DNA from: Hormiphora californensis
Lineage: Eukaryota > Animalia > Ctenophora
DNA length: 64,000 nucleotides
Assembly (NCBI GenBank): GCA_020137815.1
Contig: CM035352.1
Location: forward strand, 5,146,001 to 5,210,000
Direction: 5' to 3'
The notes below the pieces were generated by a model. The model saw nothing but the letters and a program-made list of their open reading frames with translations, made no database searches and was not told the origin of the DNA. Position numbers and translations under genes: made by a program. Of the stretch, positions 47,278 through 59,978 are shown one piece after another (position 1 is the first letter of the stretch; the number at the start of each line of letters is the position of its first letter).

Positions 47278-48613
47278 ATGATAGACATGTCAGTCGAGGA
47301 TGCAGAATGCGGATTTCCAGATTCGGAGATGTTCCCGAAGCACCTTGTGGACAAATATACAACGACGTGGCTTGAGGTATGAAGAGAGAATATATAATAA
47401 TCATCCTGTTTATTTCCAGGAAGAATACGAAAATTTCGTTCGGCCAATCACTATGGGCTTAAACAATGAGAAGATCTAGTTAACCGAAATCCCAAACTTT
47501 CAGGGGTTACTATTTGCGCTGAATTTTGGATTTACCCTCGTTGGTATCTTGGCGAACTGTCTGGGTCTCTACTTCTTCATCAAGAAACAGAGGAAGGACC
47601 TTACTACTAGGATGTTCATCGCACTTTGCTCCATCGACTTGGCGACCTGTCTAACCGTTGGACCATTCCAAATCCTGGTGAACGTGCAGGCAATCAACTA
47701 TTACGACTTTTCTACAAAGCACTTTGTTGTTTTCAGTGTCATGTCCGCGATAGCTGGAATCGAGGTGAGATAGTTTACAGATTTTAGAATCGGTACTTAT
47801 TTGGCTAGATCAGTCCCAGTATATCGTATCATTAAGATTTCTCATGTGATAATTCTTGTGCCATTATATCTCTCTTCCGCAGATTCGTTTTTCCATGTTC
47901 CTGTTTATGGTGATGAGCTTCTGCCGGTGTATCTCCATCCTGACCCCGTTCCGGAGGCACAACCAGCGCCTCATAATCGGAATTCTCCTGGCCTACCTAG
48001 TTCTCATGACGGTTATGATGTCCATTCCAGTGTTCTACTGCGGGGATTTCTCCTATACCAACGTTCCTCTCGCCAGGATAGGACAGATGGAATTCCTTGC
48101 CGCTTTGGAAAAGGAACTCGGGGTAGAGCACAAAGCCTACCTCGTCTGTGCGGAAATCGTTGCCATGATAGCTCCAGTTGTCCCAATCACCATCACCTCT
48201 TGTATCACCGCATACAACCTGCTCTTCTCGCCGGCAATGCGGGCCGCATCTAACAACAACGCCTCAAGAAGGGACGGGGCAATTACCATTCTTATCCTGA
48301 CCGCCTCCACTCTAATCTGCTTCTTCCCGCGTCTTCCTCATCACCCTTAACATCCCTAACTGGAGAGAAGACCCTGGCAGATGTGATAATTGAAGGGTAC
48401 AGGGCATGGCAACTAGTTACACCATCATCTACCTTCTCATGACGGGTCTCTCCCTGGCCAACTCCTGCTATCAACCCCTGTGTGTTCCTGGTCCGGGGAC
48501 AGAACATGAAGAATTTCCTGCAGACGCGCATCCTGGGTAGGGGAAGGAGCAGGGCTACCCAGAGGGGGAACACCAGCTTATCAGAAATAACAAGACTATT
48601 GATACAGTGCTGA
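47278..48613 (+). CDS. Orphan class A (rhodopsin-like) GPCR A
   Basis: Exons 47278-47376, 47504-47764, 47883-48613. TM1 G..AN, TM2 LC.IDL, TM3 MSFCRCISI..PF, TM6 ICFFP, TM7 NS..NPCVF. Indels after about 48330. Confidence 0.8.
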
Positions 48614-48675
48614 GTAATGGGAGCACCCAGCTGCAAGAGCAACTCCAAGATTTACCATGATACTAAGCTTTGAAT

Positions 48676-48784
48676 CAGGAACTGACCGGACCAAGTAAAC
48701 AACCAATCAGAGCTCGTTATTTAGCTCACGTGACTGGTTATCAGCCAGTCAGGGACCAGTATTTCCTGATTCGGTCGGTTCCTG
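48676..48784. mobile_element. 109-bp MITE (CAGG..CCTG, hAT-like)
   Basis: TIR CAGGAAC(T/C)GACCG; flanks CTTTGAAT / CTGTGAAC match 6 of 8, like a decayed 8-bp TSD. Confidence 0.7.
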
Positions 48785-49222
48785 CTGTGAACTTAACATG
48801 ACAGATAATGTGACAAATTTTACCGATATATACGATATCGGGAGCCATGCTAGTCTAGGCCCTAGGGGGACATTTATTTTGCCCCAGGCTGTACGTGTGA
48901 TATTGTCTTGTTGAGTAAGGGGTGAGAGAGGGCCAATGGGCGACAACAAATCAATTGCCGGTTTTGTTCTTGGTTTATGGTGTGACAGTGACTCTGAGAC
49001 TCCTAATTTGACTACAGATGTGAACAGCAATTCATACAGGCGTTATAATAAGTTCAACGAATGAATCTATGAAGGAGCATGATGCGTAGATAAGTTTCTG
49101 TTGCTGTGAACATGTGCAAAACAATATGAGATGTTTGTTGTAAAATTACATTAAATAGCAATTGAGAGCGTAAGAATTAAAGATATTTCGTCGATTGATC
49201 AATTGTCATATAAACAGCAGCG

Positions 49223-52043
49223 TCACACCCTTCCATTCGCCTTTATCGCTTCTGCGATAATGATTTCATTTGCTTGTCCTGAATTTTCAATCAGCGGTGA
49301 CAGGGCCGCTGTTTTTTCAGTCTTCACCGCTGACGATTGTTCTACACCCCGTGAAATATTACTCTGTTGAGTCATTTGCATGTGTCCAGCACTGCCGTGC
49401 CCTGCACTACCCCCACTGGGGACCCCGGCTAGCCGCTCATGACTTCTAGCTATCCACCGGAAGTAAAGTCTCCTCTGTAGCTTGTGTAATTCCATTCTAA
49501 AGGAGCTGCCCGTCGAGAGGAGAATGAAGGGGTTGACGAAGGAGTTGAGGTATGCTAGGAAGTTGTACATTGCGTAGAAATAGGTTGTCTCCACAGGGCC
49601 CTGATCACGGGAAAATTAGTGATTAATAAAGTCATTATCTTAAAGTTCATTTTTGGTTCATTTTTTATTTATCTTGGTATAGATTTGTTCAGAAACACGT
49701 ATCTTTTTGTTCTTCTTACCATAGCCAGCAGTCCATCTGTGATTATTTCTCGTCCGAGTGCAGCGGAGATGAGGTTCTTGAAGTTGTTGTAAATGATTAT
49801 GGAGTAGCAGAGAATATACCATCCAGTCATTAGCATCAGTGATATGACCTGTAGGGAGAGGATGATGGTTAGTTAATTGTGGAGAAGTTAGGGGCGGGAA
49901 ACCAAATTTTATGATGTCCTTGATCGCCCCTGAATTTTATAAATTCTGTTTCGTGGGGTCATACTTATTTTTTAAAACAGATCGTGTATTTTATCTTGTA
50001 GCTTTGCTTACCACTTGTTTGCTTTGGACCCTCTGTTCGATAAATCCAGATTTCTCCTTCAGGTTTCGCTTGCTTTTCACCGTACTCCACTGTTTCTATG
50101 ATTGAGAAGTTTTCAGAATTTAAGTAAGTACATGGATTGACCACCTATTTTAGGGCACTCCATTAAACTAAAACTGTTTACACACTTCACTGGTCCTCTG
50201 TGTGCTCCACTATTATAGAACGCCTCATTGAATAATGGGCAATAACACAACTATCTCTCTCCCCGCGGCATATACCCATCAATGTAATACTTCTCTAACT
50301 TACATATCGACCAATATACCACCACCATGTTTACCACTACTGCGCTAGCGAAAACTATCAGAATATTCAGCTTATCCCATTAAGTTAGTTCCAAAAACAA
50401 ACAACAGGAAGTAGGAAAAACAACTAATACAGTTCTAAATGATATATTATGGTACCTTGTAACGGTTTACGAGGTAGAAAACGATAAAGACGTTAGTACA
50501 GATGATGGTGAAGAGAGATAAGACCATGGGAATAGGGCCCATTATTATCAGATAAAGCATGGCTATTGTTCGTTCTGTGCCCGCATCGTAGATAAAATCA
50601 CAGATACTCCACCTGGTAATTAACCGGAATCAAAGATCAAAACTTTTAAATAAGTTGATTTCATAACGGTCATTGAACAAAATGAACTGGTTTTTAATCA
50701 GTGCCAGATATTTGTGAATGATAATTCATAGTAGCTTACTCGGGACTAAAAGTGTAGCCAAAGTTGGGGACAAAGTATGGAAACGTAGCAAACGTGACCC
50801 CGTACAGATAGATCAGTACACACATGCCCGTTACCTAGAGGAGATACAATCAATTAGCAAAACAGAAACGGATGTCACACTAATTTATGGAGGTAAATTT
50901 ACGTTTCAGAAATCAGAACACCTAGAGAAAATTTCAATACGATGCGAAAAACTCTAGAAAAAGGAGCACGTACCACATTTCTATGGTCCATAAAGAGTTT
51001 GCTGTGGGGCCAGTAGACAGCATGGAACCTCATTGCACAAGCAAGAGCCAGGAGAAGGGGTGTAATGATCATATTCCAGTTCCATACCATACCCGCCATC
51101 ACACAGAGTGGTTTCAGCTTTTCAAATTTAGCATCGTCCCGACCTGGGGGATAATGTAGAAATATGTCCCCACAAAAGAAAGCAATTTTTACCTTGCTCT
51201 GACGAACCCCTGTCATATCAATATCGAACCCTGACATACACAATCATTACCTGGTTCAACAATCAACATTCAGTCAACACTTACCACTGAGAAGAAAGAA
51301 TGCAGAATAAAGGGCTGTTGCACTGACCACCAGATCAGTGAGAGTTTCAAACACAATCACAATATAATAGCTCTTCTGCTTCCCCATCATGTAGAACAGA
51401 TATAGAGCTAGTGAGTTAACCATCAGCCCTATTATACCCATCACCAAATGTACCTGCAAATTATATTTCAAGGTTATTGAAAGATCATTCAATGATTCAC
51501 TGCCAGAGCATTGGCCTGACCCTATTCTGTGGTCAGAGCATTGGTCTGACAAATGATTCATTGATACAACTTGGAGTAGCACTGATAGGAAATATTCCAA
51601 CAGTGCAAATGATCTTTCGATACTTCTAGTTCTTGTCTCATTATAATTGTTTCGACCTCAAGACATATAAAATAAATTGACAGAGTCGCCAAGGTGCCAC
51701 GACTAATGAGTTGTGATAATGACCGAATGACTCGTGGAGGAGTTTATCAATAAGAAGTCTACCATGATGATAAACAATCATCAATTGATCTGTCTAGATC
51801 AAGCTCTATAATTGACCGGTAACATTCTATGGAACTAAACTCCATCCAACTCAAAGGTTGATCTACCGAACCCTCACATAAAGCACGGTTTCAGCCAGGC
51901 CACATGTTACTTACCCCTCCTAAAACGAGGTCGACCCAGAGAATACATGCTGGCCACCAGTCACACGACTCCCTATTGGGAGCAATGCAGCTCTCACAAG
52001 TCTCCTTGTTGTAGAAAGGTAATGTAATGTTCGGGTCCTCCAT
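49223..52043 (-). CDS. Orphan class A GPCR B
   Basis: About 8 exons (52043-51915, 51453-51285, 51250-50972, 50834-50741, 50612-50456, 50096-50013, 49848-49720, 49600-49223). GIIGLMVN, ETLTDL, AMRFHAVYWP, AYLNSFVNPFI. Confidence 0.8.
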
Positions 52044-53026
52044 TTCTATCAAAGGTTTAGGTTGTTACGATGGTTTGAATAACACAGAAATCTTGGTTTA
52101 TAACCGGGCATAGAGAAAGATCAGGGTCAAACAAGGCAAAGGTTTACGATGGTTATCCAACACAGAAACTTAGCAGTACAACATGAAAATACAAGACGCT
52201 CTTTCAATAGATCTACTTATTGCGCTCATGTATTATGGGTCCATTCTATTGGCTGAACAAAGAGATAGTATATGTGATATTATGATACAATGCACGCTTT
52301 TCGTGCATGTCTATACATGATATGCTAATACAATTAGGCGATTCTGAATTTGATACAATGAAGACAGAGAGAGAGAGATATTAAAAAGTGGCATGTGCTA
52401 GAACAGACCGGAACAATGCAAGATAAATTAATGCTTTGAATGAAAATAGTAGGCTGAGAAACAGAATGGATAATTCATACTCAAAGATATAACCGTCTGG
52501 GCATAGTTTGATGAAAATTTGAAACAATTGTTTACTGCTATAGTAAACGGTAGTTTTCCTTTGTTACTAATTTCAAGATACCTATATATCAAATGCACAT
52601 ACGGATACAATAGGACAATGACCAACCACAATCAGCTCATTATTTTCTAAATTCTAAAACGCAGCTATCTCAGCACCTGATAGAGGGAGCAGTACTGTAA
52701 AAACATGCAGGTGGAATTTTTGTTGCAAAGAAAGTAATACAATTACTCTCTCACTGCAACTCCTGCGTGTGTGGAGAAGAGGGTGTGAAACTATCAATAC
52801 ATCTGCCAAAGCTTGAACACTTGAAGTGTGTGTGTGTGTGTAGGGCGTAGGTACCATGTTCAGTACACTTGTATCTCTCTCTAGAGGTTCTGCGTGTGAT
52901 GAGGTCCATGGCGGGTACAAAATAAAACGCAAATAACCGCGTGGTAGTGTGTGGTGTGTGCAATACGAAGGAGGAGAGACCCATTACACGCATCCTATAG
53001 TGGTTTTAAAGTACATAATATATATA

Positions 53027-53975
53027 CCGCGTGGCCCAAAAAAAACTAAGGGTACGTTGGCCTTCTTTTCTCCTAGAAATTTGATTTCAATCACCCTGAT
53101 ATTTTGTCACAATATTTGTATGGTTACTCATTCGAGGAATCCGGAGTTTCAGCCCTCTGGATGAAAATTCATTTTTTTTCGCCCGAATGAACATTTAATG
53201 AACGCCAAAACGGGGCCATATTTTGGTACCAAAGTTTTACAAATTTGTTTGGCTATCGATTTTCTTTCGAACGCGACCAGTTTGAGCTTAATTGGATCAC
53301 CACAAGAATCACAGTGACCAGTTTACCTAGCCTAGGCTGGGTCATGTGATCCCCATCAAATTATGACGTGTTAGCAAGAGAACTTACATTCTAACGGACG
53401 CTGTATCGGTATACCGTCCTAATTAGCAGATGTGATACGTGATACGCGACCGTTACACCTGCTTATTGGCACTTAGTAATGACGCTAGCGGTCCAATAGG
53501 GGTCACTTGACCAGAAAAATGAATTTTTAGATAGAGAGCCGAAATTCTAGCTAACATCAATATCGATCAAGTGTAATGGCCGTACGAATTTTTAGCGCCT
53601 GAATTTACCAATTTCTTGTCAAAACGGGTTAAAATCGATGTTTGATAAAAATGACCGTTTTTTAATCATTTATTTCACCAACTAAACTTGATTCATTTTT
53701 AATAAAAACTCGGATTGCCATTTATTATTGTTTACTCTAATGCATGGTTGCTATTTTTAAGAATAAAATCGAATTTAACCATGAGAAAACGTGGAAAAAC
53801 CCGAAAAACGAGAAATTGGGTTCATTCATGAACTTCACACTTTTATGTTTTGAAACTCCGGATTCCTCGAATGAGTAACCATACAAATATTGTGACAAAA
53901 TATCAGAGTGATCGAAATTAAACTTCTGGGAGAAAATAAGGCCAACGTACCCTTAGTTTTTTTTGGGCCGCGCGG
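53027..53975. mobile_element. Tc1/mariner-type MITE, TA TSD
   Basis: TA|CCGCGTGGCCCAAAAAAAACTAAGGGTACGTTGGCC ... GGCCAACGTACCCTTAGTTTTTTTTGGGCCGCGCGG|TA; TIRs over 120 bp. Confidence 0.9.
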
Positions 53976-54510
53976 TATATGATGCCTGGGTTTGACGAAC
54001 CCACTAGGAACTATTGATGCTCCTTTATATCCCCCTGAATCCCACTGATAAGTAGGTATATGATTCTGGGCGTGCTGGTGCGCCTTATTAGCGTGTTCGG
54101 TGCGGCCTCTACTATACTTTCACGCAGGTCATCTTCACAAACAAACAAACAATGGCATTCAAACTCAAAGATGTATATATAACCGTCTGGGAAAGACAGA
54201 ATCTGGCCTGATTGTAAGAAATAATATGAGGGGGAACACTTGATAATGCGCATCTTTATGTCAAAAAGTGGTCAAGTCATCAACTAAGTATTCCACTGAA
54301 TGGGTCAAAGAAGGCATAGATAATGCATGGCTCATAGTAAGCAATTAGTGAAAAAGAGGCACCACGCGAGACATACAGCAGAGGAGCGAGGGACAGCTGG
54401 TAATAACTGTACTGTGTGTTGAGCATGTATGGTAACGAGCCGGAAACAGCTCCTAGCAGAGCTCAATAATATGTGTTACAAAAAAACTTCAAACGTTTAC
54501 TGTAAATTGC

Positions 54511-54513
<3 letters not shown>

Positions 54514-54598
<85 letters not shown>
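54514..54598. repeat. (AC)n microsatellite
   Basis: Direct. Confidence 0.95.
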
Positions 54599-54599
<1 letters not shown>

Positions 54600-54919
54600 C
54601 ACCAGTACACCACACAGTGTTGGCACGTGTGGAATCATTTGTCAGAACAAACTCTATATAATCACGATAATTACTGTCCGAGCTATATGGCATATTTAGA
54701 GATTCATGCAGCTCGGTATGTCAACATGAACTTTATTATATGAGGGTCAATATATGGCTCTTGCATGAAGATTGAAGATTGAAGGCTCATATAATATGTT
54801 AGTACCTTGAAACCAAGTAATATTCTGGGAACTCTCGAGTCTCCCCTTCTACGACACATGTCAAGTTCAGAAAGTTCTATCTAGCTAATAAATTATAACT
54901 GGGATCAAGTCTCTGTGTG

Positions 54920-56388
54920 CACGGTGCCCCTGAAGGAAGTTCCACCTCGACCGAGTCCCCCAGCAAAACGAACGGTTGTGTGACCTAAAGGGGACCTCTG
55001 GGAACTACGCAGGACCGTGGGGGAAAAGATTTAAAAGTAGCCTAAAAAATTAAAACGATAGAAAGATAGCTATCGTTTTTTTCACTTTGAAAATACGACG
55101 TTTCTTTAACAAAATCCTTGATCAGGAAGATGCAAGTGTCTCCCACCTATTTTTTGACGTAGAATCGAATGCCGTTGAAGTCAAATCTCTAAAATGTTAG
55201 TAAAATGGTGAAAATCGCGTTTTTAGGTGTTTTTTGGTGAAAAAAGCGTTCAAACTGGTACTAGATGATGAGATAGAGTCCCAAAAGTATGACAAATCGC
55301 TTTTTTGGGACCTTTTCGCCCTAGAAGCAGATTTTTATGAAAATCTGGTTCAGCGCCTATTCTCTGTATACTTTCAAAGAAGGTGAATATTGCTCTAATT
55401 TAGCCAATTTTGAAGAAAAGTCATCCAAAACAGTACTAGATGATGAGATAGTGACCCAAAAATATAACTAATCGATTTTTTGGGTCTTTTCCGTCCTAGA
55501 AACAAATTTGCATGGCGGTCGGATGATACGTTTCCTCTCGGTAGGCCTCTGAAGTAGGTGGAAATAGCCAAAATATAGCGATTGCGGCAAATGAATGTGG
55601 ATAAACGTTTACCAAACCCACTTCATCATCATGTATGGCTCTTGCATAGTCCAGTAGCCCAGAGATATGTCATACATGATGCTAAAGTGGGTTTGGTAAA
55701 CGTTTATCCACATTCATTTGCCGCAATCGCTATATTTTGGCTATTTCCACCTACTTCAGAGGCCTACCGAGAGGAAACGTATCATCCGACCGCCATGCAA
55801 ATTTGTTTCTAGGACGGAAAAGACCCAAAAAATCGATTAGTTATATTTTTGGGTCACTATCTCATCATCTAGTACTGTTTTGGATGACTTTTCTTCAAAA
55901 TTGGCTAAATTAGAGCAATATTCACCTTCTTTGAAAGTATACAGAGAATAGGCGCTGAACCAGATTTTCATAAAAATCTGCTTCTAGGGCGAAAAGGTCC
56001 CAAAAAAGCGATTTGTCATACTTTTGGGACTCTATCTCATCATCTAGTACCAGTTTGAACGCTTTTTTCACCAAAAAACACCTAAAAACGCGATTTTCAC
56101 CATTTTACTAACATTTTAGAGATTTGACTTCAACGGCATTCGATTCTACGTCAAAAAATAGGTGGGAGACACTTGCATCTTCCTGATCAAGGATTTTGTT
56201 AAAGAAACGTCGTATTTTCAAAGTGAAAAAAACGATAGCTATCTTTCTATCGTTTTAATTTTTTAGGCTACTTTTAAATCTTTTCCCCCACGGTCCTGCG
56301 TAGTTCCCAGAGGTCCCCTTTAGGTCACACAACCGTTCGTTTTGCTGGGGGACTCGGTCGAGGTGGAACTTCCTTCAGGGGCACCGTG
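54920..56388. mobile_element. Palindromic non-autonomous DNA transposon, Chapaev-like (CMC superfamily)
   Basis: CACGGTG...CACCGTG termini, 4-bp TGTG TSD, arms of about 700 bp that appear identical, spacer about 35-60 bp. Confidence 0.8.
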
Positions 56389-57378
56389 TGTGAAGAGCTG
56401 TTACTTTCTAAAGTGCAACTCCGACAGATGGATTATTTTACCAAGAAAGGGGATATTCGAATATGCCGTACAGAGGAGAAAAAAGTTCTATCTAGCTGTC
56501 TTAGAAAGAAAAATATATTGCATTATCACACAATTAATCTAATTTTCGGCATAAAGTTTCAAAATTCCATTGAAAAGTTACAATTCGAAATCAAGTTTAA
56601 CACGGAGCATGTGTTCTGCTTTCTTGACACGTTAGGCTCTATTCAACTTTTAATTAGAATAGTCTGGCTTGAATGAGGTCTTGTTCAGTAGTAATTTGTA
56701 TCTCAGTAGGAATTTAGCTGATGGGAATGGTCACCTTTTTGTGTTCTTTTACCTTAAAGAAAGCTTTGTTTTTCTTGATATTTTTGGCTTATTATGATTC
56801 CCATTCTAAGTGTATTAAAAAGTAGGCAAAAAAACGAATTGGACAATATTCAGGTGCTACACGCTTGAAAAAAAAACTACGGTCTCCCATGCGCATCTAG
56901 GTCAGTTTGAACCATGAGTCACTCATTGAGTCGAACTCATTGAGTGCAACAAAAGCTTCTAATGTTTATTCACAAATCACAATCAGGGTCAAAGTTACAA
57001 GATTGCCCCACGCACACCCGCAAGCATAGGTGGAAATTAAGGTGAAGAAAGAGAGAAATGAGTTGGCTGTGTGAGGGGATCGCCCTACGGGCTCGCGAAC
57101 GGGGGGCACAACTTGCCCCAAAAAATTAGCAATTCGAACTAGTATTTCCATGATACGCAGCAATCACAAACAAACATACCATCAAGCAAAAACGTAACAC
57201 ACAGATCATCTAGTAGAAACAATTCAGTTAGATTCTGGTAAAAGATAATATCAATTTGATATTATCAAACCCCCCATCACACGTATTGTTGCAGGCCTAA
57301 TCTTGGACAAAAGACCTGCCTATATAATCAGACGGCCCTAATTGTCGCCCTGATCATTCCATAGAGTCTAGAGCATGA

Positions 57379-57434
<56 letters not shown>

Positions 57435-57474
57435 ATATGCAGGGTCTCTCTCTCTCTACTCTCGTCTCTCTCTC

Positions 57475-57509
<35 letters not shown>

Positions 57510-58725
57510 CTCTTTCCCTCTCCAACTATCTCTATCTAAACTATCTCGGATCTCATCACGCTCCTCTGATAATTTGGTACTGGTACACATTGTCTAAAGA
57601 AGCTCGAGTCAAGGTACCAGAAGCTTCGCCAGATACAGAGCTATATAATTAATGATGTCTTCACCCCCCTCATGCGAGTTTGTTACCCAACACAAAGTAG
57701 AACATGGTGTAACAATATTAACCCCCCCCCCCCCCCCGGTATTATATAGAGCAGAACCCCCCCCCCCTCTCAAATATGTGGGTAATTCTACACACCCACG
57801 AGCTGTGACCCTCTTCTGAATAATATGAATTTCGTCATTGATAAACGTTTACTACTCACTGAGATAAGGGCTCCTGGGAATAATTTTGGCTTCCGTTAAC
57901 TTCCGGTGATTTTGATAAGAACGACTTAATATATGGGGGCATAGAATTTTCGAGATTCAACGAGCAACTGCCAGAACATTGGCCTGATCCTATATTCTCG
58001 TTTCTTTCAATTTCAAATAAGGAGCATTCGGTTAGTGCATTGGCCTATCAGCCTAGCAAAGTATGAATGTTGGTGCATGATTCAACCTTGAGCCAAGTCA
58101 TTGCAATTAGTAGAACTAGCAGTTGGTAATTGTCGATTACAAACAAGCTTGTCACATACATATTTATAGTAAAATGAAGACATGGTGAGACATGGTAGAG
58201 ATAGAGTCAAATATGTGCGAATTTTTTAATTTAATTTTGGGAAAAAATAACAGTGTTTACTGTTTACCACTGTAAGGTGACTATGTGGTGGGGCTAGTAT
58301 AGGGCTTTCTTTCATTTTAACATAATAGCATAAATAAGCAAACACACGAGTCACGAAAGTTAAGAACAAGCGGGAACAAGAATAACAATATATGAATATG
58401 AGAGTTTGATATTGTAAGATGAAAAGTGTGTAGAGGGAGGAGAGCTGAGGGAATGAGAGGTGTAATTTGTCTTTCGATGAGTGATACCTTTGGGAACCTA
58501 TTCTAAATACAAACTAAGCTGCAGAGATCAGGCAGAACGAGAAGACTCTTGTGAGTCGAGGAGGAGGAGGCAAATTAGGGGCAGCATCTTGAGAGGAGTA
58601 TATGGAGCGTGATATTATAAAGAGAGAAGATCAGTGACTGAGATTGAGACTGTTGGTGCGTTCGAGTGTCTGATCTTTTTGTCGTAATGGTATTGTAAGG
58701 AGAGTTACACTCAAACACCCCCTCA

Positions 58726-58809
<84 letters not shown>

Positions 58810-59978
58810 TCTCTCTCCCCCTCTCTCTCTCTCTCCCCCAAACACCTCCTCAACCCTCTGGCCTCTATCTATTTTAGTGTATCTCTCTCTCCTAAGGCCT
58901 AAGAGCACCGTCTCTGTTTTAACGTCTATCTGTCTCTATGTCACCATTGATTTGTTGAGTAAGGGAGAAGACTCTTCCCACTTACATAACAACCATTGAT
59001 AGGGTTCAATGAAGGTGGTTTACCGTCACTCGTCAGTGCTATGATGATCATTGATCAGTGACCACTAAAAATCCACCATGATAATGACAAGCAAAGCGAG
59101 AAGGGTATTTTATCTAGCTGCAGATGAGCTAAATAGTTCATTTTAAACCCATGCTAAGCTAGACTATTATGTGTATAAATTCTCACTAGGTCATTATCCT
59201 CCGTCCTAAGGAAGGCTAATTGAGATTCTGTCGTGTGTTGCAGTGTGTTCAACTTTAGATAAGTGATATGAGACAAGAGCTTGCAAAGCGATATACAATA
59301 TGTCGTCATGACGGACGCTGCATAACGGACGCCAAGATCAATATGAAGGTACATGCCGACAGTGACACGGAAAAGAAAACCAGACAAATACTATAATCAT
59401 ATACCCCAGTACCGGTCCCTTTTTCTGGCGTGATTAGCTTGTACAAGGGTGACTGTCTGTAGTTTTCATAATATCTGAATGTGAGCAGAAAATAATTCAT
59501 GATTGAGGTAGACAATCGAAATATATATTATACAACATGCAGCTATTGAAAAAACAACACTAAACAAAAAAATGTGAAACAAAAAACCAACCTTACCCTA
59601 AATTCGGAAATAAAAAACATGTACTTTTGTTACAATACTATTGTACCAAATGTTCTACATTTTTTGGTTGAATCAGATATATATTTCCACAGCTTTAGTT
59701 CAGGCAGAGTGTCAAATCCTTTCAACGCCCACCTATATAACAATATATATCTAGAGGAAGCTTCCAGCTGCAGTGCCGGTAGTAGGTGTCAACATGATAG
59801 ACTTCTGGTGAATTCTTTTCGATAGAAATATACATAGATATTTTGGAAGACAGAAATGTATATGTTGGACTTGGAGAGTGTCAGGATATAGCTGTCGATC
59901 TGAACATATTTTAAACACTGAATGACATGTATATTATGTCGGTATATATTATAAATCCACAAGTGTCTAATGTTGTAG

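Noticed and set aside
54920-54960. RAG/Transib RSS-like end (CACGGTG heptamer)
   Set aside because: No nonamer at 12 or 23 spacing, and the TSD is 4 bp rather than 5 bp.
59306-59515. Possible terminal exon encoding a TM peptide
   Set aside because: An acceptor and hydrophobic stretch are present, but I could not link a convincing upstream exon or start codon.
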